64,000 nucleotides of DNA from Alloascoidea hylecoeti (GCA_001600815.1 BCKZ01000028.1:62001-126000), one strand, 5' to 3'. Shown: positions 26,381 through 38,648, counted from the stretch's first letter. Made by a program: numbers and translations. Notes: generated from the sequence alone by a model not told the origin.

Positions 26381-27552
26381 ATAATCTTTTTACTAATTAA
26401 TAGCGCTATTTTCGATAGGTCTGGGAATTAATTAGTCTTATCTTTGGATATTAATTAAAATAATGTTTGATAACTAATTAGCGATCTTGTCGACAATTAT
26501 TCAGCGTTACCTAGAAGAATTTGGTAAGATTATTTGGAGCAATTAATTGGTCACAAGTTGGCGATACGTTTGAAAGTTAATTAGCTATTCTATAATATTA
26601 TTTGGTGATGGGCTTGAATTAATAATTAGCCACTTCTCCGAATATTATATCAAGTGATTCGTGGGAAAAACAATCGATTAGCGATTCCGATGAACATTAT
26701 TTAGCGATGTCTTTGAAAGTAAGTAGTTAAAAGTAAGTGAGAAATAATTTTAGGTGAGGTTGTTAATTAGTCAACCCAGATAGATAGATAAAGTATTTGA
26801 ACCATCAATCAAGCCATTAACTATTTTATCAGAAAAAAGAAAATTCTCAAGTATTATATATTTATTAATATTTATTATAATAGTTATTTTAGCTAAAATT
26901 TCCCAAAGGAAGTCGTCATAGCATGTTCACAAAATGTCTATATAATATATATTCTGGTGGTATTGGTATCGTTTTCACAGAATCCCGAAACTTTAAATTA
27001 TTGGGGCCTTTATTATAATTAAAGGAGGATGCCTTAATGGTTAAAAAACTATGTGCATCAAGGAGGGAGATATAACTCGATATGAGGGATCTCACCTCGA
27101 CGAGCCGGATAAGAGCCTTGAAAAACAAAGAATGGATTATGAGCTTCCTCCTAATTCGCTAATTTACCTCTTCATTAAAAGCTAATTATTTCTCACTTAC
27201 TTTTAACTACTTAATTTCAAAGACATGGCTAAATAATGTTCATCGGAATCGCTAATCGATTGTTTTTCCCACGAATCACTTGATATAATATTCGGAGAAG
27301 TGGCTAATTATTAATTCAAGCCCATCACCAAATAATATTATAGAATAGCTAATTAACTTTCAAACGTATCGCCAACTTGTGACCAATTAATTGCTCCAAA
27401 TAATCTTACCAAATTCTTCTAGGTAACGCTGAATAATTGTCGACAAGATCGCTAATTAGTTATCAAACATTATTTTAATTAATATCCAAAGATAAGACTA
27501 ATTAATTCCCAGACCTATCGAAAATAGCGCTATTAATTGGTGGAAAGACTAT
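26381..27552. mobile_element. Foldback-type element: ~356-bp near-perfect inverted repeats (26394-26749 / 27184-27538) around a 434-bp spacer
   Basis: Arms are reverse complements with very few mismatches; each contains many AATTA(A/T)TAGCGA-like subrepeats; no credible ORF. Confidence 0.8.
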
Positions 27553-27943
27553 ACCGGTAATTAGTTTCAAAATATAATTATAGAGCTCCTAAAATTTTTT
27601 TACTTTTTGCTAAGTAAAATAAATTATAATATGTAAACAGGAGATAACAAGAAAATTTAAAAAAGAAAAAAATTATATAAGGCCTTGTTTATTAAATTCC
27701 TAGTTGAGACAATTTCTTGAGAACCATAGCCTTATCGAGATTTCCACACCACCTATAATTATAAGGTTACCGGTACTTCTAATTTAAGTGTTTTAATTAT
27801 ATGAATACATTGAAAAGTCCATGACTCTCTTAGAACAATCAAAATATCTAAATTATAATATAATCGATATCGATTAGTTTGTGTTTTAAATAAAATATAG
27901 ATTCAATCATACATTATTAGTTTGAGGGTAGAAACTGTATGGG

Positions 27944-28210
27944 TAGCCGAACATTAGTGTATAAAGTGACCGAATGTTTAGTTTTTTGATCAGCCGATAT
28001 TTAGGGCATTAAGTGGCCAATTATTTAGTATAGATAGTAGGTGTATACTTTGCTCATCGCGTGGCCTAATTCTAATTCATCACAAAGCCGATGATTTCTT
28101 AACACTATGGCCGAACATTAGTACATAATGTGGAAGAATTTTTTGAGTGTATCAAATGGTCAAATGTGTATTATATCTAGTCCTATTCGCAAATGGCCTA
28201 AATCAAGTGA
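27944..28210. repeat. Degenerate short tandem array (GGCCGAACATTAGT-like units)
   Basis: gccgaacattagtgtat, gaccgaatgtttagt, gccgatatttagg, ggccaattatttagt, ggcctaattctaa, ggccgaacattagtacat, ggcctaaatcaagt. Confidence 0.6.
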
Positions 28211-28431
28211 AATGACTATATATAAAGCTCAATTCGAAGGTGCTTGATAATGAACCCTAAAGAATCCATTATAGCGTAGCCAGCGAATTCATCTAAAATT
28301 AACATGATAATTAGTCTATAGGAGATTACCCAGTAGTATGATAAGTATGACTCGACCAAATACCCAAAAGTACTGTTTACGAAATCATTCACCCCCTGGT
28401 TTAAAAAGGGATCTTTAGAAAAAGAAACATT

Positions 28432-28984
28432 TTGAGTTTTATCTGTGTCATTTTGGAAATCTTTTCTGAAATGTCTTCTGATATCTATCTTGCAGGTATT
28501 AGTAGAATTGGGCTTCTTGAATATAATCCACCCATTAATATAGATCATAAATGGTTAGCTAATCCAATAAGCGGATTGCTTATAGAACCAGAAGATGATC
28601 AATTACTATTACCAGATATATCAATCAGGATTGAGGGTGGGGTGGGGGTGGTGGAGTAAATCCTGATGCCTGGAAAGGTCCATCCTTATCTCAATTCGAT
28701 CCAAACAGTGAGGGATGATGATTCTGTTTATAATCATGTCGTTTTTACCATGACGTACTTATTAAAATGTGATTCTCCATATTTTGATGCACTTATATTT
28801 AATAAATTGCCAATGGATAAGAAGAAACTTATGAATGTAGAAGCTTCTGCTGAGATAGAAGAAAATATTGCAAAAATTAAGAATGCACTTCTTTCATAAT
28901 TATGGCAAGAGGGATGTAAGTGGGGGACCTAAACACTTAACACTTGTGAAGGAAATGACCAATTCAAGGGATAGCAGGTTATAA
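28432..28984 (+). pseudogene. Degenerate coding remnant, possibly HNH/His-Me finger endonuclease
   Basis: Across frames: GWGWWSKS...HPYL...VYNHVVFTMTYLL...LS*LWQEGCK...PKHLTLVKEMTNSRD, echoing CWxW...HR..Y...SHLC...C.NP.HL.LV....N..D. Confidence 0.3.
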
Positions 28985-29334
28985 AATGATAAATATTTTT
29001 AGGAATTATACACCTTCTCGACGATTGACCGCAGCTGAATTATCTGCTTTTAAAGATAGTGACACAGATGTATTAATTACCTTTAAATTGGAAACTACAT
29101 GAGGCAACGAGGAGTAGAGAAATAATAGCAACATATGGATCTCTAGATTGAAATTTGCCAGGCATAGTGTACTCAATTTTTACTAAAAAGGAGACAAAAA
29201 AGATAAAAAGATGAAAAAGAATAAATCCCTACCAATTAACGTGAAACATAAGAATGTTAGTACCATTTGGAAACGTTGGTGGAAAGAAGATTTTACTATT
29301 ACAGCTGATGATATTATAGATATTAGGGGAAAGG

Positions 29335-30100
29335 TCTATAGTCGTCACCGTTTTCAAAAATAGTTAGCCTTTTCAAATCAGCATTAATTGGTAAATATAC
29401 TGCTTCAACATTTTCTCCTGCATTTTTAAACATTTTAAATAATTTTAGAGAGCATCATTTAAATTCCAAATCTTATAGTATAACTATAATCAATAGACAT
29501 CATTTTATTATTATCTATAAATAATGAAGTAGCTGGTCTTTCATCTGATACTTCACATAATAAAATACTTGTTTTATTTGTTTGCAAATCCAGAACTAAT
29601 TTTTTGTACTCGCTAACAAATAAGTATTGATCCTTTACTGTAATGTAATGCATATGATCATATTCATTTATCATATGGAAAATCTTGGATTATTTGACTA
29701 GTTTCAATATTCCAAAATCTCACAACTCCATATTCTCAAGAATATATAATACCCATTGTCAATACAAAAATCTCCAAACCACCAACCAACTCCTTTACAA
29801 TTGTGTTGTAAATTAAATTTTGGTTGATGTTCTAAATTATCAAGAATTGATTTCCAAACCGTAATATATCCATTATACATGTGTATAAAATATAATCATT
29901 GTATAATGTGAGACTATCTATAGGAGAATTGAAACCCATTTCTATTGGTATGTATCATCGGATGTTTTATCAGTTTAAAATATGGTAATCTCCAAATTAT
30001 ACAAGTGCTATCCCATGAACCAAAACCAAATATTAATATCTATACATGTAACAGCATCCAAATGAAAGTAGATATCATCAATCCATTAATTCCAACATTT
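29335..30100 (-). pseudogene. F-box/WD40 family pseudogene (WD part)
   Basis: Fragments such as FGSWDSTCIIW, TVWKSILDNLEHQ and SIDYSYTIR homologous to 18689-19990; multiple frameshifts. Confidence 0.8.
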
Positions 30101-30436
30101 CAATATCCGAAAAATCCCTTCTTATTCCTGGCATTCTTAGTTGAGTTTGTTTTGTTCTGACATTTTAATTGCTTGCTCACAAAACCTCATTGTTATACCA
30201 CAACACTATCTATTATATCACCTTGTTGTAGATCTCTCTTTTCCTTTATTAACGTAGCTTCTTAGATTACTCCATTTTTAACCCTTGATTATCCTTTTTA
30301 ACACCTCTATTGCTACTTCTCTATAAAACCTTATATTACACTGTTTTTGTTATTTTACAACTTTACACTTTTTATTACACTTTGCATTTTACTTTCATCA
30401 AAGAACGTCTTAAAACACACCACACTAGTTCAGTGC

Positions 30437-31118
30437 GTATAACTTCAACAGTGAAAAAATAAAAATAAAATAAAAACGCAACAGAATAAAAAATGAATCC
30501 AATTTTCATAAATAATTACAACAGTATTAAATCAGTCACCAGATCACATACTATAAACATCTATAACAATAGCTAGAAAGGTAGTCAAAATGAATGATAA
30601 TAACTAATAAAACATCACAGAAATTATAGGTTCAGTGATAACTCTTTTAAGATGATCTAAATATTGTTTCACTAGACCCTAGACCTCTTACAACTAATAG
30701 TTGATGGTAACTACTCCATTATCACCAACAATTAAATCATCAAAATCCTCTAATTCCTAATCATCACTTTTAATATTCCATTGTGAATTTAGTGCTCATC
30801 GTCCTTTAATGGCCATGCCAATGCTTCTTAGGAAATGTGATTGTCAATTGAATGTTGAAAATTATCCTCATCTTATACTAATATATTCGATCACATTTCC
30901 TAAGAAGCATTGGCATGGCCATTAAAGGACGATGAGCACTAAATTCACAGTGGAATATGTTCTGATCATTAATATAAATACCCATTTAGAATTAGAAAAC
31001 ATGGTTATGAAAGAAACAGACAAATTATAATTTTGGACCACTTTTAATTGTGAATTTATCTCTATCTAAGAATGATATTGGCGCTTCAGGTCGTGCACAT
31101 GAATGATTTTGACCATAC
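30437..31118 (-). pseudogene. Rearranged partial duplicate of MIH1 3' region and its 3' flank
   Basis: 30437-30771 resembles 23052-23365; 31055-31118 resembles 24120-24183; intervening pieces are inverted copies of the catalytic-domain region. Confidence 0.85.
30773..30958. repeat. 69-bp inverted repeat (30773-30841 / 30890-30958), 48-nt loop
   Basis: One mismatch between the arms by eye. Confidence 0.9.
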
Positions 31119-31617
31119 GAAATATTTTGAAGCAAGGTAGCGAAATGTTGGGTAACCCTAACAACCAATATTAGATTTAAGGGATGCTGAATAAACACAG
31201 AAAAATGTGGCAAAATACTCTACAAAATGGCGAAATCAGAGTGGAAAAACTGTAACAAAATTAAAAATGAACTAATCGAATTATAACTAAATATGTTAAA
31301 ACTTTAATGGTCCGTTAGATTTAAAGTAATTTTTTTAAGAAACTGAAGTATAATTCATTGTTAAAATATGGAGGAATCTATTTTTGAGTTCTTGGAGGTG
31401 GGTGAATCCATTGAATGGGTACTATAAATTATTTTACATATATCATTTGCAACAAAGGTAATATAATATTTACTTAAAACACAGTCAGATCAAAAATTAC
31501 AAAAACCATCGAAATCATAATAATTATAAGTAGTATATAATATTCGGCTAGCTAAAAATCATTAAGGATTAAATTCGAATCCTATAGCTAGTCTAAAATT
31601 CTGAAGAGCATTAAAAA

Positions 31618-33375
31618 TTAACTAGAATTTTCATTATTATTCTCCCTAAACTCTTCATCTCTAAATTTTTCATGATCAGGATCAGAAGGAGAACCCTTTT
31701 CACCATCATCCATTATATCATAAAGACCAATTTCTTTTTGAATTCTTTCCATTCTAGCTTTATCTGCAGCAGCAATACTATCAGAACTACCACCAAAATA
31801 AACATCTAATTCTTCTAAAGTTTTATCCTTTGTTTCTGGAACAACACTCCATACGAAAACAGCACCACCAAGACAGAATATAGCAAAAAAGATATAAGTA
31901 CCATATTTCATGTTATCAATCATATGTCTTGTAGATAAACCAATAACGAAATTAAACATCCAATTGGTTGAAGATACAATAGAAACACCTCTTGATCTGA
32001 ATGAAGAAGGGAATAATTCTTGTGTTAATACCCATGTAACTGGACCCCAAGAATAAGCAAAATTAACTGCAAATAACCAAATAAAAACAATAGATACCCA
32101 ACCGCCAGCACGATGTTCCGGCCAACTATTTTGGAAAGATCCATCAATACCAGCAACAATGATATGACATATAAACATACCAACAGCTCCAATGATTAAA
32201 AATGATCTTCTACCAAATTTATCTAGAAATAAAACAGCAGGTAATGTAAAAAGAACTTGTAAAATACCAGTAACACCAGTTGCTAATAAATTTTGAGTTA
32301 CAGAACTAAAACCAAAATCTGCAAAAATTTGTGGAGCATAATATAAAATTGCATTAATACCAGTAAATTGTTGAAAAATCATAAGCCAAACACCAATTGC
32401 AACTCTTTTAAAAATATTTGGTATAAAAATTTCTTTAATTGGTGCTAAAGCACCACCTGATTTAATTGATTCATCTTTAACTTCTTTATCAAATATAACA
32501 GTTGATTTAATTTCTAATAACTCTGCAGTAATTAAATGATCATCTTCTGGTAATCTTCTTAATTTTGATAAAACCTGTCTTGTTTCTTCTTCTCTACCTT
32601 TCATCATTAACCATCTTGGAGAAAATGGTAAATACAACATACCAAAGAATAAAATCCAAGCTGGAATAATTTGAAGTGCAAGTGGTACTCTCCATGCAAC
32701 AGTTTTTTCACCAAGACAAGTACGTCCATGAGCAGTAAATGGATCAAAATCTAAGCTTGAATCAAGACCTTCTGGTCTACAATGTGTACCACCAATAAAA
32801 TGGAAACCATAATCAATCCAAAAGGAAACACAAGTACCAATTGTAATAGATAGTTGTTGGATAGAAACTAAAGTACCACGTAATTCTGGTGGTGCGATTT
32901 CAGCCTGATACATTGGAATAACCATGGAAAACATACCAATACCAATACCACCGATGGCTCTTCCCGCAAACAAAAACCCTGGATTTTGTGCACCAACCTG
33001 TAAACCAGTACCTAAAGTGAATATAACAACAGCAACAAGCATAGAATATTTTCTTGAAATTTTATCAGCTAAATAACCACATAATAAAGCACCAGCCCAT
33101 GCACCAAGTTCTAAAGTAGCCACTAGCCATGATTGAAGACCAGACCGAGTTAAAGTTGGAAAATGAGCTTGGAAATTTTCCATAACAAGAACAGAAGACA
33201 TAACACCTTGATCATAACCGTACATGATACAACCAATTGATGCAAAAGCAGCACACATAAATACATAAGGGTTATCAATGATACCCTTTAAACCTTTTGA
33301 TTTATTGGCATTAGACCTACCAACAACTGACTGAGAAACAGCAGTCAGATTGACTCTCTTTTTCAGAATAGCCAT
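31618..33375 (-). CDS. Sugar porter family MFS transporter
   Basis: 585 aa; GYDQG, DKISRK, EIAPPELRG, QQFTGINAILYY, DKFGRR, PETKDKTLEE. Confidence 0.92.
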   Translation of the reverse strand: MAILKKRVNLTAVSQSVVGRSNANKSKGLKGIIDNPYVFMCAAFASIGCIMYGYDQGVMSSVLVMENFQAHFPTLTRSGLQSWLVATLELGAWAGALLCGYLADKISRKYSMLVAVVIFTLGTGLQVGAQNPGFLFAGRAIGGIGIGMFSMVIPMYQAEIAPPELRGTLVSIQQLSITIGTCVSFWIDYGFHFIGGTHCRPEGLDSSLDFDPFTAHGRTCLGEKTVAWRVPLALQIIPAWILFFGMLYLPFSPRWLMMKGREEETRQVLSKLRRLPEDDHLITAELLEIKSTVIFDKEVKDESIKSGGALAPIKEIFIPNIFKRVAIGVWLMIFQQFTGINAILYYAPQIFADFGFSSVTQNLLATGVTGILQVLFTLPAVLFLDKFGRRSFLIIGAVGMFICHIIVAGIDGSFQNSWPEHRAGGWVSIVFIWLFAVNFAYSWGPVTWVLTQELFPSSFRSRGVSIVSSTNWMFNFVIGLSTRHMIDNMKYGTYIFFAIFCLGGAVFVWSVVPETKDKTLEELDVYFGGSSDSIAAADKARMERIQKEIGLYDIMDDGEKGSPSDPDHEKFRDEEFRENNNENSS

Positions 33376-35143
33376 ATTTTGTAATTATTGTAATTAGAAT
33401 TGTGAATTCAAAGTATTATCAAAATTAAATTGTAATGTTAATACTTGGTATTAAAAAAGTGAAAGGAAAAATTAATATAAAAAAATGTAGGAAATCCAGA
33501 ACTTATATAGAAACTAAATACTCCACTATAATTAATCATAAATATTCAATTACAACTAGCAACTTGTAAGTAATTTAATTTTAATTAATTTGGTATATAT
33601 TTATAAAACTCACGATTAACTGTTTATCCGTGACTACGTGCGGCAAAATGTGAAGCTGAAGGAATGGTTACTATAATGAGAAACTACAGCCGTCTACTTG
33701 GAAGTTTCATGATCATTGATTAATATATTTTAATAATGTAATTCATATTTGTCCGGATTCACTAATTAAATCGGATATTGACGGATAAACTCAGTTAATA
33801 ATATGTAAGTTTGTAATATTTGTGCTTGTCCCCACAATAAACCCCGGACATATTATGCATGTCCCCGAAATTAGTTTCCTAGGTTTACAATTTTTATCAT
33901 AAATTGTTAAAATTGTGCTAAATTTTATTGCCGATCTCATGATTTAGCTTTAAGAAATCTAATTATGATACAATTAATTACAATCTTAAACATTATAATT
34001 ATCAATTTTTCAATTATTAAATTTTAAAGTTTCTGAAAGTTTTTGAATCTAGTAAAATCCATGGATAATCCTGTGTATGGACGCTGGTCAAGACTTTCCA
34101 AGACTTCTTATAACATTATTTATAGCATGCCGCTTACTTTTTTTTTAAGGAAAAACTAAATATTAATAAAGAAGTTGAAATATATGCTGAATGAGTTATA
34201 AATAATAAAATGAAATATATGGAGGAAAATAATGCTAGTGTGAAATAATTAATATATATCATATCCATATGCTATTACCTTATTTAGCTAATAATAGATC
34301 TCGATGTATCATGTAAATGCTATTACTTTATATCTTTAGTTGATCATCAAAGTTTCCTTAAACCTTGGCTAGTAAGACAATTTTAATAAAATATGATTCA
34401 TCATAAGTTAATTTTGTAGTTATGTTAATCATGGGATTCACGACAACAGAAGCTATTCTATCCATATCTGTTTAACACATATTCTCTCATCACAGCAAAA
34501 ACCCGCATAATTGGAATAATTCGTCTTTTATTTTATAATATTATGTTTCGCTTTTCATCTCAAAATTATGGAACATACTTAAACTCTTATATCACTAGAT
34601 CTAGACATCATTTTAATAAGACTGATACGTGTGACTCTATTACATTCTTTTTAATTTTAAGCCTAACTAAACCTAGGAATAACCTAACAAGGAAGATTAG
34701 TTTCTTTAGGTAGAACAGTTCTAATCAAGTAATAATTTATAACACGATGTTCTCTTTTTTTTTAACTCTTATCAATGCAAGGAAATCAAAGTTTTAAAAA
34801 ATTTTATTCATCTAGATCTTGGTTTTAATGATAATCCTTTAATCTAATGTGTCATGTTTTCTTTTACCAATACGTACCCCTCCTTTTTTCCTTGGTATTT
34901 TCAGTTTACTACTAATCAGAATAAATAGATATCAATATAGGAATAATCTTTTCTCTAAGATGTATTGAAGTCTAATCAACTAATATTCAAAATACATCAA
35001 GTCAAACCCAAAATCACTTAGGACACATAAATTTATTGATGATTAGTTACCCGGATTGTTACTCCAAACCTCCTGCGATAATACAACTGTTTCTTTTGAT
35101 CTTGTAAATACGAAGATAATACATTGAAATAAGTCTTTAAAAC

Positions 35144-35957
35144 ATGCCAATTAATCTTAAAAATAAATCTGCTCTTATTACTGGAGGATCAGCTGGTGTT
35201 GGTGCTGCAGTTGCTAAACAATTGGCAGCTGAAGGTGTTAATTTGGCGATCAACTATGCATCATCATCAGAAAGAGCTGAAAGTCTTGCAAAGGAATTAA
35301 AAGAAAAATATAATATTAAAGTAATTACAATTAAAGCAGATGCATCAAAAGAATCTGAAAAATTAGTATCTGAAACCATGAAAGCATTTGGAAAATTAGA
35401 TATTGTTATTTCAAATGCTGGATGGACCAAAATTTGTCCATTTGAAGATCTTGATGGTGCTGATGAAGAATTATGGGATGGAACATTTAATATGAATGTT
35501 AAAGCGCATTTTTTCTTATTTAAAGCTTCAAAACCATACTTTGAATTAAATGAAGATGGTGGAACTTTTATTGCAACTGCATCGATGGCTGGTAGGATTC
35601 CAATTGGTAGTAGTTTACCATATAGTGTTTCTAAAGCTGCTTTAATACATTTGGTAAAAGGGTTAGCTAAAACAAACGGACCAAAATGTAGAGTTCATGC
35701 TGTTTGTCCTGGTCTTGTTTTAACCGAGGTAAGAATATCAATCAAATATTAGTATAACTATAATTATTAAACTAACAAATATTTAACTTTAGTGGGGTAA
35801 AAAATTTCCTGAAAATGCTCTTCAAGTAATGAAAGATAAATCACCAATTGGCACATTAACAGATGTTGATGAAACAGCTCTATATTATATCTCATTATGT
35901 AAAAGTTCCACTTCTACTGGATCTATCATTAGTATTGATGGTGGTTTAACTGTTTAG
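35144..35957 (+). CDS. Short-chain dehydrogenase/reductase; exons 35144-35728 and 35793-35957
   Basis: TGGSAGVG, NAG, YSVSK. Intron 35729-35792 (GTAAGA...ACTAAC...TAG); exon 2 gives WGKKF...TGSIISIDGGLTV*. Confidence 0.92.
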
Positions 35958-38451
35958 TTAAAAGCATCAATATCATATTCATTATTTAGCTTATAAATAT
36001 TTATAGTGAGGAGTCAGTTTTATACAAGGATAAACACTCTAAAATTGCACTAAAATATAATTTATTTACGATGTCACAATTATTAGCTTAATTAATATAA
36101 AGCTTTTATTTTATACCAAATTATTACAAACTTGAATACTATTGATTGATTGAATTCAACAATTATAACTTCATCACACAACATATGCATTATCGTTCAA
36201 CAACGAAGAATTTCCCAGAAACAGCAGGAAGCTTAAGAAGAAAACATTCATTAACATTAATTTCTCATATAATTAATATAATCGGATATTTGTAGATATA
36301 ATTATTATCTTTATTATGTTATACAATAAAATTAAAAGTAAATAAGATTAACTACAGTTGATGAGAAATTCTGACTCATTCACACTAATTCGTTTTTATA
36401 TAATAAATTATTTCTAAAATTTATTTTACACTCGGTCTCTCAATTAATAATCGTACGGCATAAAATATTTGAATATAGGGGTGATTGTACCACAAGTTTC
36501 TATGATTAGAACTAAGGCAAACTTATCGCTATAGCTATATCATTTTGATTATTTGTTTCTTTTACGTTTGAGGCCTGTTTTATCTGATACAACCTACAAT
36601 ACTATTATTCAGTTAGAAATTAGAATTAATTAGTTTATTAGATCCATAGTAACTTTTAACCTTTTTAATTCAGTTATTTGTGACAACTAATCACTAAATT
36701 ACTATACTTTAAATAGATGAATTTGAAGCTTTCTTGGCATCTGGATATAAATATCTTGGAGTATTATTAATTATTTATTTATTCATAGCGGAATTTTCAA
36801 AAAATTAGCTGATTGATAAATCTTCCGAATCGGAATATATTAAATATGTATCTGCAATGCAAGTGGACCCGTGTGGGGCATTATAATAAATATTCCGAAT
36901 CGAATTATACGCAGACCCGTGGGGAATTATCCGCGTCAAGGATAAATTTGTATCTCTTAAATGGTCATTGGTTATGATCATTCTATTAATCTTCACGCAT
37001 GGCTGGCTTGTTCTTCAAGCGAAAACTAGTAAAGTGAGGTTTATTTTGTTTCAGGAGATAAATCGTATAGCTTGAAGTCTATTCGCTAATCCGATCCCCT
37101 GCTCAGCTACTTCTATTGATTGTCCTACATATATCTGATGCTTATATAAAATGACTATTAATTAAATATACAGTATACACAAACTTGTGATCTTTTATTT
37201 GACCTCCTCTTTTTATGAGGCATGAATGTACTTCTGAAAAAAATATGTTATAGAGTAGGAAAATCAGCAAATTATCAAATTATCATTATAATATTAGAGT
37301 TTGGCGGAAGGCGTTATAATAATAATTAGAAGATTTTATTACAGACACAGAACGTACAATTAAGTTGTATGAAGGAATTAATTGTAATGTTTAAGGAAGA
37401 ATTTGTAGTTGTCTTTTTGTTAGAGCGCACTAGTGTAATGAGGGGAAAAATGGAACTATTTATATACAAATTTACAGGAAATAGCCAGTGCGGTGTAAGT
37501 GAAGAGCCTGGAATTGGATAACCAAATTTTCAATGGTAGCGCTTTTATATTTTACAAGATTTCTTAACTATGTGAAAGTTCTGTTTTATTTGCGTTCACA
37601 TGGTTTTCTCATCCTTGGTTTGTTTTGGTTTATCATATTTTTAGCGAATCATTATATTTTATCAAACTCCCTTTTTCTGTGTTCTTTCTTTCACGAAATT
37701 GATTGTAATATTCCGGGGACGCATTAATATAAGATGAATAAAGAACACTCTTGAGTTTGGAGGAGGTGACCGCTGTGGCGCTTGCAGTATGATCCGTACT
37801 CGGTATTCTTCCCATTGTGCAGTTATTTAATCCGTTCAAAGTTCAAACTTCGCACTCCGAACTTCTCAGGACGGACTTGCAGTTAAAATAGGAGACATTT
37901 CAAGGATTATATCTACATAATCGGGTTCTTATCCCGGTCAGGCTAGAAATACTTATGAACATATTGATGCATTGCATATGCGTGTCCTTAGATGCATTTT
38001 ATCATCTCTTACCGTATTCCTTTTCACTTTTCGTATGTTGATGTTTTTCTGTTTTTTTATTGTTTCCCACCGAAGTTGGAGAGAGCTTAGAGAATTCTAA
38101 AATTAACTCAAAATAAAGAACCATTTTTTAATTAATTTAAAATTTAATTCCATTGTTTTATTTCTCTCTTTTTGGCTTCTTTTTACCCCACATTTCAGTC
38201 TATTTTAGGCAGTAAATGCATTTCTAGATTGGAATGAAATGATTACAAGATAAACTTACCCCGGCTTTTAATATATGCGGCCTACCTAATTAATTTCTTA
38301 TTTTGAATTTCTGAACGGTTTATTTGGAATGAAAACAAAAATGAAAATGTTTTGATTCTTCTACCTAAACTTAAAATGGATTGTCATTAATCTATACGCA
38401 TGTTATATTCAAATTCGTGCAAAGAATCATTCATACGTATTTAATTTAACG

Positions 38452-38648
38452 TATGTGAAGATTCCTTCGTGAAAAAAGCATTTCAAAATTTTGGAATAAT
38501 AAGTAATGCGCCTGAAGAAGGCATCACTGGAGTTTCCGCTTAAAATTAATTATCTACAATTAAAATTTAAGAATATATCGGTTTATATTTTTTGATCTTT
38601 TTATTCGAAATTTTTAGAAAAAAATGTTCACGAAGGAATCTCCACACA
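38452..38648. mobile_element. Small MITE-like element (~195 bp, ~50-bp imperfect TIRs)
   Basis: TGTGAAGATTCCTTCGTGAA at 38454 pairs with TTCACGAAGGAATCTCCACA ending 38646; weaker pairing extends inward. Confidence 0.55.

Noticed and set aside
26394..28210. Periodic short repeats as a CRISPR-like array
   Set aside because: Eukaryotic context, degenerate units, irregular spacing, no cas genes; better explained as transposon subterminal repeats.
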